NCBI GenBank assembly: GCA_046483495.1
Contig: JAWODC010000040.1
Location: forward strand, 32,001-96,000
Source: Desulfobacterales bacterium
GTDB lineage: Bacteria > Desulfobacterota > Desulfobacteria > Desulfobacterales > UBA5616
DNA length: 64,000 nucleotides
Direction: 5' to 3'
The translations under genes were made by a program, and so were the position numbers. The notes beneath the pieces are model-generated. The model saw only the letters and a list, made by a program, of their open reading frames with translations. It was not told the DNA's origin and did no database searches. Shown here piece after piece: positions 9,080 to 19,412 of this stretch. Each line of letters opens with the position of its first letter. Position 1 is the first letter of the stretch.

Positions 9080-10240
9080 TCAAGCAACACCGCATGAGGT
9101 GATAACACCGGCTATGTCCATGACGTGAAGCTCTTCGGCAACCCCTTCCGAACGAACGGCATCCTCGAACATCATCAGGCATTGGGGACAGGCCACTGCA
9201 AGAACCTTTGCACCGGTTGCAAGCGCTTCTTTTACCCTCACGCGGGCTGCGCTTTTTGGACCGCTTCCGAGAATATCGGTAAAGGCATTGCCGCCGCCGC
9301 CGCCGCAGCACAGGGCGTTTTGCCGGTTTCGTTCCATCTCGACGAGTTCGACACCCGGTGCGGCACTCAACATCGCACGGGCGGATCCATAATCATCATT
9401 GTGGCGCCCGAGATAGCACGGATCATGAAATGCAACTCGGATGGGGGGGCCGGGTTCGGGGAATTCAAGTTGCGAGACGGCGCCGCCGATTATTTGGCTG
9501 TAATGATAAATCTCGAATTCGCCTCCCAGGGGCGGATAATCATGGTTGAATACATGAAAAGCGTGCGGTGACAGCGTGATGATCCGTTTGACGCCGGCTT
9601 TATTGAAGTTGGCGATATTCTGTGAGGCGACATGCTCGAACAGCTCGAATTCGCCCATGGATCGGATTTCATTCCCATCACAGATCTCGTCGGTGCCCAG
9701 AATACCAAAGGAAATGCCCAGCAGCTTCATCAGTTTTGCCGTACGATAAGCCATCTCGCGGCCGTACTCGTCATAGGAACCCAGATCGCCGACATAAAAC
9801 AGAAAAGACTGGTCGGAAAACAGGGGGATATCAAGATCACCGATCCATTGCGTCCGGTTTTTTTTCAGGAGTTTGAATGGATTGCCGTGACGGAAAACGG
9901 CTTCGAAATACGCCGAAGCTTTCGGCGGCACGATGCCGTTTTCGATCAACGCCGCCTTGCCGGCGATAAATGCATTGAGCAGGTCGTCTCTAAACTCCGG
10001 GAATGCGCAGTGCTTGACGCAATTGCCGCATGCCGCACACGAAAAAAGAATATCCGCAAATCGCGGGCCGGCTTCGAGATCTCCGTTCTGCCATGCCCGC
10101 AAAAGCCACATCCGGCCTCCGGGGGAAAAGGATTCGAACCCGTACCGTAAGTATGGCGGGCAATTGAAGTCCGAATAGTCTTCCGGAAATTTGCAGTATC
10201 CGCATCTGAAGCAGCGGTGAAGGATGTCGGCATATTGCAT
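9080..10240 (-). CDS. Fe-S protein with 4Fe-4S and CCG domains (GlcF/HdrD-like)
   Basis: CFRCGYC, CAACGNCVKHC, FHDPCYLGRH, LCCGGGGG, ACPQC. Confidence 0.9.
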   Translation of the reverse strand: MQYADILHRCFRCGYCKFPEDYSDFNCPPYLRYGFESFSPGGRMWLLRAWQNGDLEAGPRFADILFSCAACGNCVKHCAFPEFRDDLLNAFIAGKAALIENGIVPPKASAYFEAVFRHGNPFKLLKKNRTQWIGDLDIPLFSDQSFLFYVGDLGSYDEYGREMAYRTAKLMKLLGISFGILGTDEICDGNEIRSMGEFELFEHVASQNIANFNKAGVKRIITLSPHAFHVFNHDYPPLGGEFEIYHYSQIIGGAVSQLEFPEPGPPIRVAFHDPCYLGRHNDDYGSARAMLSAAPGVELVEMERNRQNALCCGGGGGNAFTDILGSGPKSAARVRVKEALATGAKVLAVACPQCLMMFEDAVRSEGVAEELHVMDIAGVITSCGVA

Positions 10241-10241
10241 G

Positions 10242-11609
10242 TTACACCTCCCAGTTCCCGGGGTTCATGATGCCTTGCGGGTCCAGCACCGCACGGATGC
10301 GGTTCATCAGGTCAAAGGTCTGGGGATCCATATGTTCGATGATTTGCCGCTGGGCGGGAGCTTCGGCTTTCCACGGAATCCCTCCCATATTCAACACCGC
10401 CCCGTTTGTTGCTTCGAGGGCTTTGTGGACCCGTTCGATGTCCGAGTCGTCGGCCCGGTTGAATGGATAGGCGAATGCAAACATCATGCAGTGGCCGGCC
10501 CCGACAATGCGCACCAGCAGAAAATGGGGCAACCGGAGCCGTTCGGCAATGGCCAGGCCTTCGCGATAGGCTTCCGGGAACAGCTCGATCGGCATGATGG
10601 CGCCGACATATTCGAAGCCCCCGCCTTTTCGTTCATCCGCGAATTGGGTCATGGATTTCAACGGAATTTCCATCAGTCCTTTTTTCATAATCGAAAATAC
10701 CGGCATGAATCCGCCGATATCCGCGTCCACAAACGATTGAACCGATTCGCGGAGGAGATCGCGTTTGAGCAGAAGGGACTTCTTGGAATCCGCGGAATAG
10801 CTGATCAAAATGAGCTGAAACCCCGGCATGCGTTCGGACATGATCACGTTGATGTCTTCGGCTATTTGGGCGCCGGTAAGCCGGTGTATGACATCCGGCA
10901 CATGTTCGCCATTGTCGGTGATGAATATGCGGATGTCATTGAACGGCCGGTCCGGATAAAGCTTGACCGAGAGCCGGGTTACGATTCCCGTCGTTCCGGC
11001 CCATCCAAGAAAAAGGCCGGAAAGGTCCGGCAGCGGCGACCGGGAGAACCAGTACGGTGACGTTGCACAGGACCCTAAACGCACGATTTCACCGGTGGGC
11101 ATCACCGCTTCGACACCGTTAAGCATTTCCGAATGGAATCCGCCGAACTGGCTGATATGGCCGGATCCATGGATCAATACATTTCCGGCGATGGTGGCCG
11201 TTGGAGGCGCATCAGGAGATGAATGCTTGAGTGTGGGGTGGTGCTTTTTCAGGTAGGCCTGGAGCTTGCCTTGTGACGTGCCGGCTTCCACGACGGCATA
11301 CCTGCTTTTTTCATTGACTTCGATGATCCGGTTCATCCGCTTCATGTCAACAACGATGCCGCCCTTCAAAGGCCGGGTCAATCCGGAAAGGGTCAATCCC
11401 GCGCCCATGGGAATCACCGGAATGTTTTCACGGTTGGCCAATAGAACAATCCGGCTTACCGCTTCCGTGGAATCGGGCATGACCACCCAATCCGGCGTTG
11501 CGGGAGACATGGTGCCCATATCCCTGCCGTAAAGGTATTTCTCCTCGGCGTGATCGGATACGTATTCGGCACCCACGATTTCTTTTAACGATGTGATAAT
11601 ATGTTCCAT
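10242..11609 (-). CDS. FAD-binding oxidoreductase (GlcD/VAO family)
   Basis: PMGAGLTLSG, VVDMKRMNRI, ATIAGNV, GTTGIVT, LDPQGIMNPG. Confidence 0.9.
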   Translation of the reverse strand: MEHIITSLKEIVGAEYVSDHAEEKYLYGRDMGTMSPATPDWVVMPDSTEAVSRIVLLANRENIPVIPMGAGLTLSGLTRPLKGGIVVDMKRMNRIIEVNEKSRYAVVEAGTSQGKLQAYLKKHHPTLKHSSPDAPPTATIAGNVLIHGSGHISQFGGFHSEMLNGVEAVMPTGEIVRLGSCATSPYWFSRSPLPDLSGLFLGWAGTTGIVTRLSVKLYPDRPFNDIRIFITDNGEHVPDVIHRLTGAQIAEDINVIMSERMPGFQLILISYSADSKKSLLLKRDLLRESVQSFVDADIGGFMPVFSIMKKGLMEIPLKSMTQFADERKGGGFEYVGAIMPIELFPEAYREGLAIAERLRLPHFLLVRIVGAGHCMMFAFAYPFNRADDSDIERVHKALEATNGAVLNMGGIPWKAEAPAQRQIIEHMDPQTFDLMNRIRAVLDPQGIMNPGNWEV

Positions 11610-11690
11610 CTTGATCACCTTGAATTGAGGTCAGGCGAATGATTGACGCATGGGTTTTCCCGAACCGCTCGTGTAACGATTACCAACCGC

Positions 11691-12710
11691 TTACTCACCC
11701 AGTGCCATCAGGCACAGGTCGCTTATTAAAATCGGAATCATGCCGTTTTCGGCTACCGTTTCAGACATGGTAAAGAAACATGCCGGGCAATTGAAAACGC
11801 AATAGCTTGCATTCACTGATTTCATGTCCTCGATATTTCGTTTCATGACGTCATCGGCGGTTTCGTCCCGCTGCTGGGCCTGCTGGGCATATGTGCAGCA
11901 AAGGGCGTTTTCGCGGTCATATTTTCGCTCTGCTCGAATCGCGCCGATCTGATCGAATATTTTATCCGCCAGGATGTCCGTCTCAGGCACCAGCCGGTTG
12001 GAGCACGGGCGCTGATATGCCACAATTTGATTCAGCGGTTTGATGCGGTCCTTGAGGTCGTTGAGCCGTTGGTGCAAAAAAGAGAAAAGATGGATCGATT
12101 TAAAAGGAATATCGATGCCCATGGCCGGGGCCAGGTGGGTATAAGCCCCATAGCACTCATCATGAAAGTGTATGACTTCCTGAATGCCGCTGTCCTCTAA
12201 ATAATAGTGTTGGATATTCCATGCGGCCTTCGGGAGGCGCTCCTTGATGGTGGTGCCCGTTCCAAAATGGAGCCACATAATATTGCAGAATATGTCGCTG
12301 CCGGATATCACCGATACACCGTCAAAAAGAGACCCCCGAATACAACCTTCCAGCATCGAAAAGGCGCACATATTGATCAGGGGGGAATGGACGGTTTTTT
12401 TTGTAATAAGATACTGTGGGCGCATCAGGTGGAGCTGCTGGCGGGTTAAAGGACCGGGAACCGGCTGTATGTGCTTCTCATCTTGGAGCTCGACAATACG
12501 GTAAAATGGATGATTGCCGTACGGACAGTACTCTTCACAGGCATAACAGGTGACGCAATCCTTCAGAACCGAAGAATCCTGCCCGCGTGCGATAAGCGAC
12601 CTGTGATGTTTTGCGGTTTGAAAATCCATATCGAGGTACTGGCATTTCATCAGGCAACTTACGGATTCGCACGCTTCACAGATCGCCGGATCGAAATTGA
12701 GTTCATACAC
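11691..12710 (-). CDS. Fe-S/CCG-domain protein
   Basis: CEACESVSCLMKC, CVTCYACEEYCP, YQRPCS, ALCC, FNCPAC. Confidence 0.85.
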   Translation of the reverse strand: MYELNFDPAICEACESVSCLMKCQYLDMDFQTAKHHRSLIARGQDSSVLKDCVTCYACEEYCPYGNHPFYRIVELQDEKHIQPVPGPLTRQQLHLMRPQYLITKKTVHSPLINMCAFSMLEGCIRGSLFDGVSVISGSDIFCNIMWLHFGTGTTIKERLPKAAWNIQHYYLEDSGIQEVIHFHDECYGAYTHLAPAMGIDIPFKSIHLFSFLHQRLNDLKDRIKPLNQIVAYQRPCSNRLVPETDILADKIFDQIGAIRAERKYDRENALCCTYAQQAQQRDETADDVMKRNIEDMKSVNASYCVFNCPACFFTMSETVAENGMIPILISDLCLMALGE

Positions 12711-13076
12711 GGCCGTGATCTCCTGTTAAGGTTTAGAGAAAAGAGAAGGGCTCAAAGATAGGAGCTTTCAACTTATCAAAAATTTTTTCTGTTTTCAATC
12801 GATGATAACCTCTTTTGATATTTTTTTTCAGCCGGTGTCGGTTGTTTTCATTCCGGGCGAGGCCTACCACGCGCAGACCGACTCCCGGGCCGTGTTGGTG
12901 AACGAAAAACGTTGAATATTCAGCCCAACGTCAAAATAATAAGGAATATAAAAAACTTGTCTCGAGACACAGAAAATGCTATTTGCTTGAAAACGTTGCC
13001 CGACATGCGGAACAAACAATGCAATGGCTTGATAATATTGAATTTTAAGTATTCATCGATGTTGAGGAGGAAATAA

Positions 13077-13559
13077 ATGGCAAAATTCGGCAAATTTTTA
13101 CCCCTTGTGATCGTTATCCTGATCGGCGTGTTCTTCCAATTGATATTTATTGCTGTGGATATCAGAGATACCCCCATCAAAGCGGCCGTTGAATTTGCTA
13201 AAGCCTACTACATGCTGGATGATGATGCCATGGAAAAGAGAATCTGCAAAAAGGCCCTGGAAAACGGGATGGTTGACGACTACCTTTACCATGTCAGGCA
13301 GAAGGCGGAAAATCGCGGTTATGAAATGGCTTATTACAAGAGCCTTCTTTCCGATATCCATACAGAAATTATCGAATTGGATGACAAGACCGCCAAAATC
13401 AAGATCGTCGCCGAAAAGCGGTCCGCTATCAATCCCGTTTATCATTTGGTGGGAAAGCTGTTCAACCTGACGCAGGCTTATGAAGTGGAGAAAACGCTTT
13501 ACCTGGTGAAGGAAAAGGACCGCTGGCGGGTTTGCACCCCGTTGCTCGATCACGTATGA
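13077..13559 (+). CDS. hypothetical membrane-anchored protein
   Basis: SD gaggagg upstream; N-terminal TM helix followed by a soluble domain. Confidence 0.75.
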   Translation: MAKFGKFLPLVIVILIGVFFQLIFIAVDIRDTPIKAAVEFAKAYYMLDDDAMEKRICKKALENGMVDDYLYHVRQKAENRGYEMAYYKSLLSDIHTEIIELDDKTAKIKIVAEKRSAINPVYHLVGKLFNLTQAYEVEKTLYLVKEKDRWRVCTPLLDHV

Positions 13560-13674
13560 TGAATAAAAACGCGATATGTTACGGCGGGTGAAAGGGGGCC
13601 GGTGCCGATAAGGGCGGTCCGAACTCCCAATTTGCCGGTTCGGGGCGGCGCCCCGGGCGAACGATAGTTTATTC

Positions 13675-14424
13675 ATGCAATCCATTTATCGTGTCATTCA
13701 AAAAAAAGCCGTCGAGATAGCTTCTCATTTTCCGGCTCCGGAATTTTATCAGGATTACCGTAGCGTCCATGAAGCATCCCGGGTGTTCTACAAAACCGAT
13801 CCCATAATCGGAAAACTGAAATCGTATGTGGAATCCCACATCGAAAATGATTTCGGGCACGGGATGAATCACGTGGTCAAGGTCACCATCGATGCCGGCA
13901 CCCTGGTGATGATCGAAGCCGAAAAAAGGGGGTATTCTCGAAAGCGAACGCAGCGATTTGTGCTCACGGTGCAATGTGCCGGTCTGCTGCATGACATCAA
14001 ACGCAAGCAAAAAAATCACGCGATCGAAGGCAGCCGGTTCGCCCGACAACTGCTCCAATCCTATCCGTTGGATTCCGTTGAAATCGAAGATATACGGCTG
14101 GCCATCAGAAACCACGAGGCATTCAAATCGGTTGAACTCCTGAGTACACCGGAAGGCGCCCTGATTTCAGACTGCCTTTATGATGCCGATAAATTCAGAT
14201 GGGGGCCCGATAATTTTACCGAGACGATCTGGGACATGCTGGAATTTTCCAATGCGGCCATAGAAGGGTTTATCCATCGGTATCCCGTGGGCGTGGAAGG
14301 GCTGTCCAGAATCAAAGAGACGTTTAGAACCCCGACCGGAAAAAAATACGGCCCCGGGTTCATCGACCTGGGAATCGCCATGGGACAGGAAATTTATCAT
14401 TATCTGAAAAAAACATACGGTTAG
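13675..14424 (+). CDS. HD-domain phosphohydrolase
   Basis: HGMNH, AGLLHDI, IRNHE, LYDADK. Confidence 0.88.
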   Translation: MQSIYRVIQKKAVEIASHFPAPEFYQDYRSVHEASRVFYKTDPIIGKLKSYVESHIENDFGHGMNHVVKVTIDAGTLVMIEAEKRGYSRKRTQRFVLTVQCAGLLHDIKRKQKNHAIEGSRFARQLLQSYPLDSVEIEDIRLAIRNHEAFKSVELLSTPEGALISDCLYDADKFRWGPDNFTETIWDMLEFSNAAIEGFIHRYPVGVEGLSRIKETFRTPTGKKYGPGFIDLGIAMGQEIYHYLKKTYG

Positions 14425-14440
14425 AAGAGGTATTAATCGT

Positions 14441-15235
14441 TTGAAAAAGTTATCGAAACCTTGCAGCAATCCCATTGCGGGGGGCATTCTGCTCCTATTT
14501 ACCATTCTTTTGCAGCCCGCCGATGCATTTGCCGATAAAGCGCCGCTGCTGTTCCCGCCCGGTGAAAAGCTGGTGTTTGACATCAAATGGAGCATTATAC
14601 CGGCCGGAAAAGCCGTTCTCAAAGTCATGCCGATAAAGGAGTTGGATGGCGTTTTAGCCTATCATTTCGTTTTTACAGCTGAAACAACCGGAATTGTCGA
14701 TTATATTTACAAGGTCAGAGACAGAATCGATGCATATGCGGATCTTCAGATGAACCGTTCCCTCCTTTATAAAAAAAAGCAGCGGGAAGGAGGCTCGAAA
14801 CGAGATATCCTGGTGACGTTCGACTGGGAGGCGAATCAGGCCCGGTATTCCAATTACGATAAAAAACGAAATCCCATTCCCATAGCGGAAGGCACCTTCG
14901 ATCCCTTGTCCGCTTTTTATTTTACCCGTCTGTTTGATTGGGAGAATGAAAAAATCGTGGAGAGGCCGGTTACCGACGGCAAGAAGAACATCATCGGCAG
15001 AGCCCGACGGGTAAAGCGGGAAACCATCGAAGTGCCCGCAGGGCGGTTCGACACTTTTTTATATGAGCCCGACATTGAACATATCGGCGGCGTATTCGAA
15101 AAAAGCAAAAACGCAAAAATCGAGTTGTGGGTGACGGCTGATGATCGGCGCATTCCAGTGAAGCTGAGGAGCAAGGTTGTAGTGGGGAGTTTTACCGGGG
15201 AGTTGGTAAGCATGGAGGGTCATGACCAGTCGTAG
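14441..15235 (+). CDS. DUF3108-like exported protein
   Basis: Signal peptide, PGEKLVFDIKW, FDPLSAFY, IEVPAGRFDT, LWVTADDRRIPVKL. Confidence 0.8.
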   Translation: MKKLSKPCSNPIAGGILLLFTILLQPADAFADKAPLLFPPGEKLVFDIKWSIIPAGKAVLKVMPIKELDGVLAYHFVFTAETTGIVDYIYKVRDRIDAYADLQMNRSLLYKKKQREGGSKRDILVTFDWEANQARYSNYDKKRNPIPIAEGTFDPLSAFYFTRLFDWENEKIVERPVTDGKKNIIGRARRVKRETIEVPAGRFDTFLYEPDIEHIGGVFEKSKNAKIELWVTADDRRIPVKLRSKVVVGSFTGELVSMEGHDQS

Positions 15236-15381
15236 GCCTGCCGTTCGGCCATCGAACCGAACAGGCGTTTTCCCATCCGGCATGATGATGGACCGGCCTT
15301 GTCAAAACCTGCATATCGATGAACTCCCCGTGAATATTTTCAGATAACATTACAAAAAGGAAGAAAAGGAGACGTGAATTG

Positions 15382-16632
15382 ATGAAAGATGTTGTCATCG
15401 CTTCCGCTTGCCGAACGGCGATCGGAACATTCGGGGGCACCCTGCGTGATGTCCACTGTTCAAATCTGGCATCCGTGACCATGAAAGAAGCCATAAAAAG
15501 GGCGGGAATCGGTGCCGAGCTCATCGATGACATTCGGTATGGGTGCTGTCTCGAACCCTTCGATACGCTGAATGTTACGCGAACGGCGGCCTTGCTGGCC
15601 GGCATTCCGGAAACCGTGACGTCCGTTACCATCAATCGTGTCTGCATTTCCGGCATGGAAGCGGTTATTTCCGGCATGGCCATGATCCAGACGGGGATGG
15701 CGGATATCATTTTGGCCGGCGGTGTGGAACACATGTCCGGGGTTCCTTACTATGTGCCCGGTGCGCGATGGGGTTGCCGGCTTCAGGATAACGAATTTAT
15801 AGACGGGGTGATCCGGGCGCTGCACTGCGGCTCTCACATTATTCCCCATCCGGAGGATGGTCCCGTAAACGCGGATGAACCGCCGTTGAGTTATTTCAAA
15901 GGAAAACCCTACATCATGGGGCATACGGCCGAGTTCGTCGCCCAGCATCTCGGCATTGAACGGGAGGAAATGGATGAGGTGGCGCTCAGGAGCCATAACC
16001 GGGTTGAAAAAGCCACACGGGAGGGGGCGTTCAAGGATGAAATCGTGGCCGTGGAAGTCCCCCAGCGTAAAAAACCCCCGATTGTGTTCGATCAGGATGA
16101 ACATTTTCGGCCGGGACTGACGATGGATGCGCTTCGCAAACTTGCACCGGCTTTCGTCCCGAAAATCGGCAAGGTAACGGCCGGTAATGCCAGCGGCATC
16201 AACGACGGGGCTACGGGCATGGTAATCATGTCGGAAGAAAAGGCGCGGGAGCTTGGAATTATCCCGCTTGCCAAAATCAAAGCCGTGGGCCGTGGCGCCT
16301 GTCACCCCTCCATCATGGGACTTTCACCCGTTCCCGCCGTCAAAAATCTGGTGAAAAACAGCCGGTACACCCTGGAGGATTTCGAGCTCATAGAGGTCAA
16401 TGAGGCCTTTGCCGCTCAATACCTCGGGTGCGAAAAAGAACTCGGCCTGAACAGGGAAATCACCAATGTCAACGGCTCGGGCATCGGCCTTGGGCATCCG
16501 GTCGGATCCACCGGCGCGCGCATAATGACCACTCTGATTTATAGCATGAGAAAACGCGGAAAAAATCTCGGACTGGCAACGCTCTGCGGCGGAGGCGGTG
16601 TTTCCATGGCCTGCGCCCTTGAAACCATATAG
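15382..16632 (+). CDS. acetyl-CoA C-acyltransferase (thiolase)
   Basis: NRVCISG, TAGNASGINDG, EVNEAFA, GHPVGSTG, LCGGGG. Confidence 0.96.
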   Translation: MKDVVIASACRTAIGTFGGTLRDVHCSNLASVTMKEAIKRAGIGAELIDDIRYGCCLEPFDTLNVTRTAALLAGIPETVTSVTINRVCISGMEAVISGMAMIQTGMADIILAGGVEHMSGVPYYVPGARWGCRLQDNEFIDGVIRALHCGSHIIPHPEDGPVNADEPPLSYFKGKPYIMGHTAEFVAQHLGIEREEMDEVALRSHNRVEKATREGAFKDEIVAVEVPQRKKPPIVFDQDEHFRPGLTMDALRKLAPAFVPKIGKVTAGNASGINDGATGMVIMSEEKARELGIIPLAKIKAVGRGACHPSIMGLSPVPAVKNLVKNSRYTLEDFELIEVNEAFAAQYLGCEKELGLNREITNVNGSGIGLGHPVGSTGARIMTTLIYSMRKRGKNLGLATLCGGGGVSMACALETI

Positions 16633-16644
16633 CCAAAATAAGCG

Positions 16645-16977
16645 ATGGAATCGAACCTTAAAAAAACGAGCATTGATGAGGATTGGGAAAACCGTCAATT
16701 GTGCTCCGACGGCAATTGCATCGGGATCATCGGGCGAGACGGCCGCTGCAGCATCTGCGGCCTGCCGGCCGATGCAGACCCGGCGGACGCACCGGCCGAA
16801 CCGGAATACGAACGGGATGATGCACAGGCACCACGCTGTGAACCGGGGCCCGGCAGTGAAAAAGACGAGACCGCCGTCGATGACTGGGAGAACCGAAAGT
16901 TGTGCAGCGATGGAAACTGCATCGGCGTTATCGGGCCGGATGGCAGGTGTAATGTGTGCGGGAAGCCGGGAAGTTAG
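16645..16977 (+). CDS. small protein with two copies of a CSDGNC...CxxC motif
   Basis: DWENRxLCSDGNCIGxIGxDGRCxxCG twice, joined by an acidic Pro-rich linker; directly follows the thiolase. Confidence 0.8.
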   Translation: MESNLKKTSIDEDWENRQLCSDGNCIGIIGRDGRCSICGLPADADPADAPAEPEYERDDAQAPRCEPGPGSEKDETAVDDWENRKLCSDGNCIGVIGPDGRCNVCGKPGS

Positions 16978-16978
16978 T

Positions 16979-17112
16979 CAGTGTCCACCCAGAAATGGCT
17001 GATTCACTCCATTTGGAAATTTTAATCCTCAAAATACTAGAGTATTCCTGGGATTAAAATTTCCCAGCCGCCTTGAACTGGAGCAAATTTTCTCATTTCT
17101 GGAAGGGCACTG
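16979..17112 (-). repeat. structured palindromic repeat (MITE/REP-like), copy 1
   Basis: Ends cagtgtccacccagaaat / atttctggaagggcactg; the reverse complement aligns with 35846-35991. Confidence 0.75.
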
Positions 17113-17158
17113 GTTCGTTGCCCGACTGGAATAGCCGGATGTATGAAATGCGCAGGGA

Positions 17159-17827
17159 CTAAATCCGGTCGATATCATGCATGCCATCATTTTGTTTGAA
17201 TCCGTTGTAGTATTCAAATACCTTTTTCACATAAAATTGGGTGGCTTCAAACGGCGGAATGCCCTGGTATTCTCTAACTTTTCGGCTGCCGGCGTTATAG
17301 GCGGCCAAGGCAAGCTTTGCATCGCCGTCGAATTGGTTCAACAGCTGTTTGAAATATCGCACACCTGCCTCGATATTGGCTTCGGGGTCTGAAAAATTTT
17401 CAATTCCCATCCCCCGGGCGGTGGAAGGCATCAGCTGCATCAGCCCCACCGCCCCCTTTTCAGAAACGGCATTGGGATTGAAGCTGGACTCCGCCCATAT
17501 GATGGCCTTGATCAGCTCGGGTTCGACATTATACTGTTGGGCGGCCTCCTCTATCTTCGGCCAAAAGACCTTTTCAGCCGATTTTCCCCAAACAGAAATC
17601 CATTCGACCTTTCGGACATCCTCGGATTTCGTCGCGGCCGTTTTCGGCGTTGTCGCCTCAATCGCAGCGGGGTAGGGCCGGTCGGGCATTGCCGCCCCAA
17701 CCGCGGGCATATCCGATGCGCCGTGTTCGGGCGGCGCGTATCCGCTGACGACAAAGGCCATCAGAAAAATGTACAAACAGGATATTATAACGAAATAAAC
17801 CTTATCCCTGCGGTGATATTCGTCCAT
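17159..17827 (-). CDS. lytic transglycosylase (SLT domain), membrane anchored
   Basis: AIIWAESSFNPNAVS, GAVGLMQLMP, ALAAYNAG, TQFYVKKV. Confidence 0.93.
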   Translation of the reverse strand: MDEYHRRDKVYFVIISCLYIFLMAFVVSGYAPPEHGASDMPAVGAAMPDRPYPAAIEATTPKTAATKSEDVRKVEWISVWGKSAEKVFWPKIEEAAQQYNVEPELIKAIIWAESSFNPNAVSEKGAVGLMQLMPSTARGMGIENFSDPEANIEAGVRYFKQLLNQFDGDAKLALAAYNAGSRKVREYQGIPPFEATQFYVKKVFEYYNGFKQNDGMHDIDRI

Positions 17828-18264
17828 TATCCTTCTCTTGTAATCATTAAAAGAACACATCCCTTTAAAAGCAGTGGGCGACATTAGTGAAATAATTAAC
17901 TTGCGTCAACCCTTTTTTGTATCCATCGGGTTTCCAACCCTTTTTAATAATTCTACTGATTTTTGGATGAAAATGCAATACAGACGTCAAAAATCCTGAC
18001 TTCGCGAAAAAAGGTAGTTTTATTATAGACTTAAATAAAGTATGGCCCGGTGTATCGAGCATCGCAGGTGGATAATCGAAAAACCCTGACGTCATCCTTT
18101 TTACGGGCACGCGGACCAACCCGGGCGGATTTCCCCTTTTAGGGACGCCGGGAATAACGATTTGAAAAATAATCGAAAAACTGCTAATGAAAGAGGTGCT
18201 TCAAAACGCCATCAACACGGCCGCCGATCGTTTTTTCACAAACCGAATAGGTGTGAGAGTCGCC

Positions 18265-19380
18265 ATGATTATCGGAATTCTGAAGGAAATCAAGTCGGAC
18301 GAGAATCGCGTGTCCATGACGCCCGCCGGGGTGGAACTGTTTACGCAATTCGGGCACCGGGTGCTGGTTGAAGAGGGAGCCGGCTTCGGGAGCGGTCTTT
18401 CGGACGCGGCTTACCAAAGCGCCGGGGCTCGGATCGTGGGCACAGCGCAGGAGATTTATGCGAAAGCTGAAATGATCATGCACGTAAAGGAGCCTCTTCC
18501 CTCCGAGTATTCCCTGATCCGCCCCAACCAGATTATGTTTACCTACCTGCATTTGGCGGCGAACCGGGAACTTACCGAAGCTTTACTGCAAAGCGGTTCG
18601 GTGTGCATTGCCTATGAAACCATTCAGGCGGCCGACGGTTCACTTCCGCTGCTTAAACCCATGAGCGAGGTGGCGGGCCGGATGGCCATTCAGCAGGGCG
18701 CCAAGTACCTGGAAATGGAATTCGGCGGAAACGGTACATTACTCGGCGGAGTTCCCGGCGTCGACCCCGGCACTATTGTAGTGATCGGCGGCGGAACCGT
18801 TGGGAAAAACGCCGCTAAGATCGCCTGCGGCATGGGCGCAAAAGTGTATGTGCTGGATAATGATCTTGAACGTATGCGGTATCTTTCCGATATCATGCCC
18901 AAAAACTGTTTTCTGCTCATGTCGACGCCGGCTACTGTTCGTGAACTGCTTCCGGAAGCCGATGTGATCGTGGGTGCCGTACTGATACCCGGTGCAAAAG
19001 CGCCGAAAGTGGTGAAACGGGAGATGCTGCATTTGATCAACAAGGGATCGGTCATGGTTGACGTGTCCATCGATCAGGGGGGCTGTTTCGAAACATCGAG
19101 GCCCACAACTCATAATGACCCGATCTACATTGTTGACGGCGTCGTTCATTACTGCGTTTCCAATATGCCGGGGGCCGTTGCCAGAACATCCACCATGGCC
19201 CTGACCAATGCCACTCTGCCTTATGCACTCGATATCGCCACCAAGGGATGGAAAACGGCATGCCTGGAAAATCCCGAAATCCGGTCGGGATTGAACATTG
19301 TCGAAGGCCGCGTGACCTGCAGGGGTGTTGCAGAAGCATTTAGCAAAACCTATACGCCGGTGGATGAGTTTTTGGCGTGA
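18265..19380 (+). CDS. ald: alanine dehydrogenase
   Basis: MIIGILKEIKSDENRV, HVKEP, YLHLAA, PMSEVAGR, DQGGCFETS, NMPGAV. Confidence 0.96.
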   Translation: MIIGILKEIKSDENRVSMTPAGVELFTQFGHRVLVEEGAGFGSGLSDAAYQSAGARIVGTAQEIYAKAEMIMHVKEPLPSEYSLIRPNQIMFTYLHLAANRELTEALLQSGSVCIAYETIQAADGSLPLLKPMSEVAGRMAIQQGAKYLEMEFGGNGTLLGGVPGVDPGTIVVIGGGTVGKNAAKIACGMGAKVYVLDNDLERMRYLSDIMPKNCFLLMSTPATVRELLPEADVIVGAVLIPGAKAPKVVKREMLHLINKGSVMVDVSIDQGGCFETSRPTTHNDPIYIVDGVVHYCVSNMPGAVARTSTMALTNATLPYALDIATKGWKTACLENPEIRSGLNIVEGRVTCRGVAEAFSKTYTPVDEFLA

Positions 19381-19412
19381 TTTTGGAAGCTTGTGAGCAT
19401 AGGACAGCATAG

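Noticed and set aside
9080..12710. Selenocysteine read-through in the Fe-S oxidoreductase genes
   Set aside because: The ORFs appear complete, with no in-frame TGA at Cys-motif positions.
13575..13665. GC-rich, hairpin-prone spacer considered as SRP RNA, tRNA or riboswitch
   Set aside because: No SRP domain IV motif, no cloverleaf and no riboswitch consensus I can recognise.
17984..18096. Repeated aaaa(t/c)cctgac motifs upstream of ald
   Set aside because: Short and only partly palindromic; cannot be distinguished from chance without orthologous promoters.
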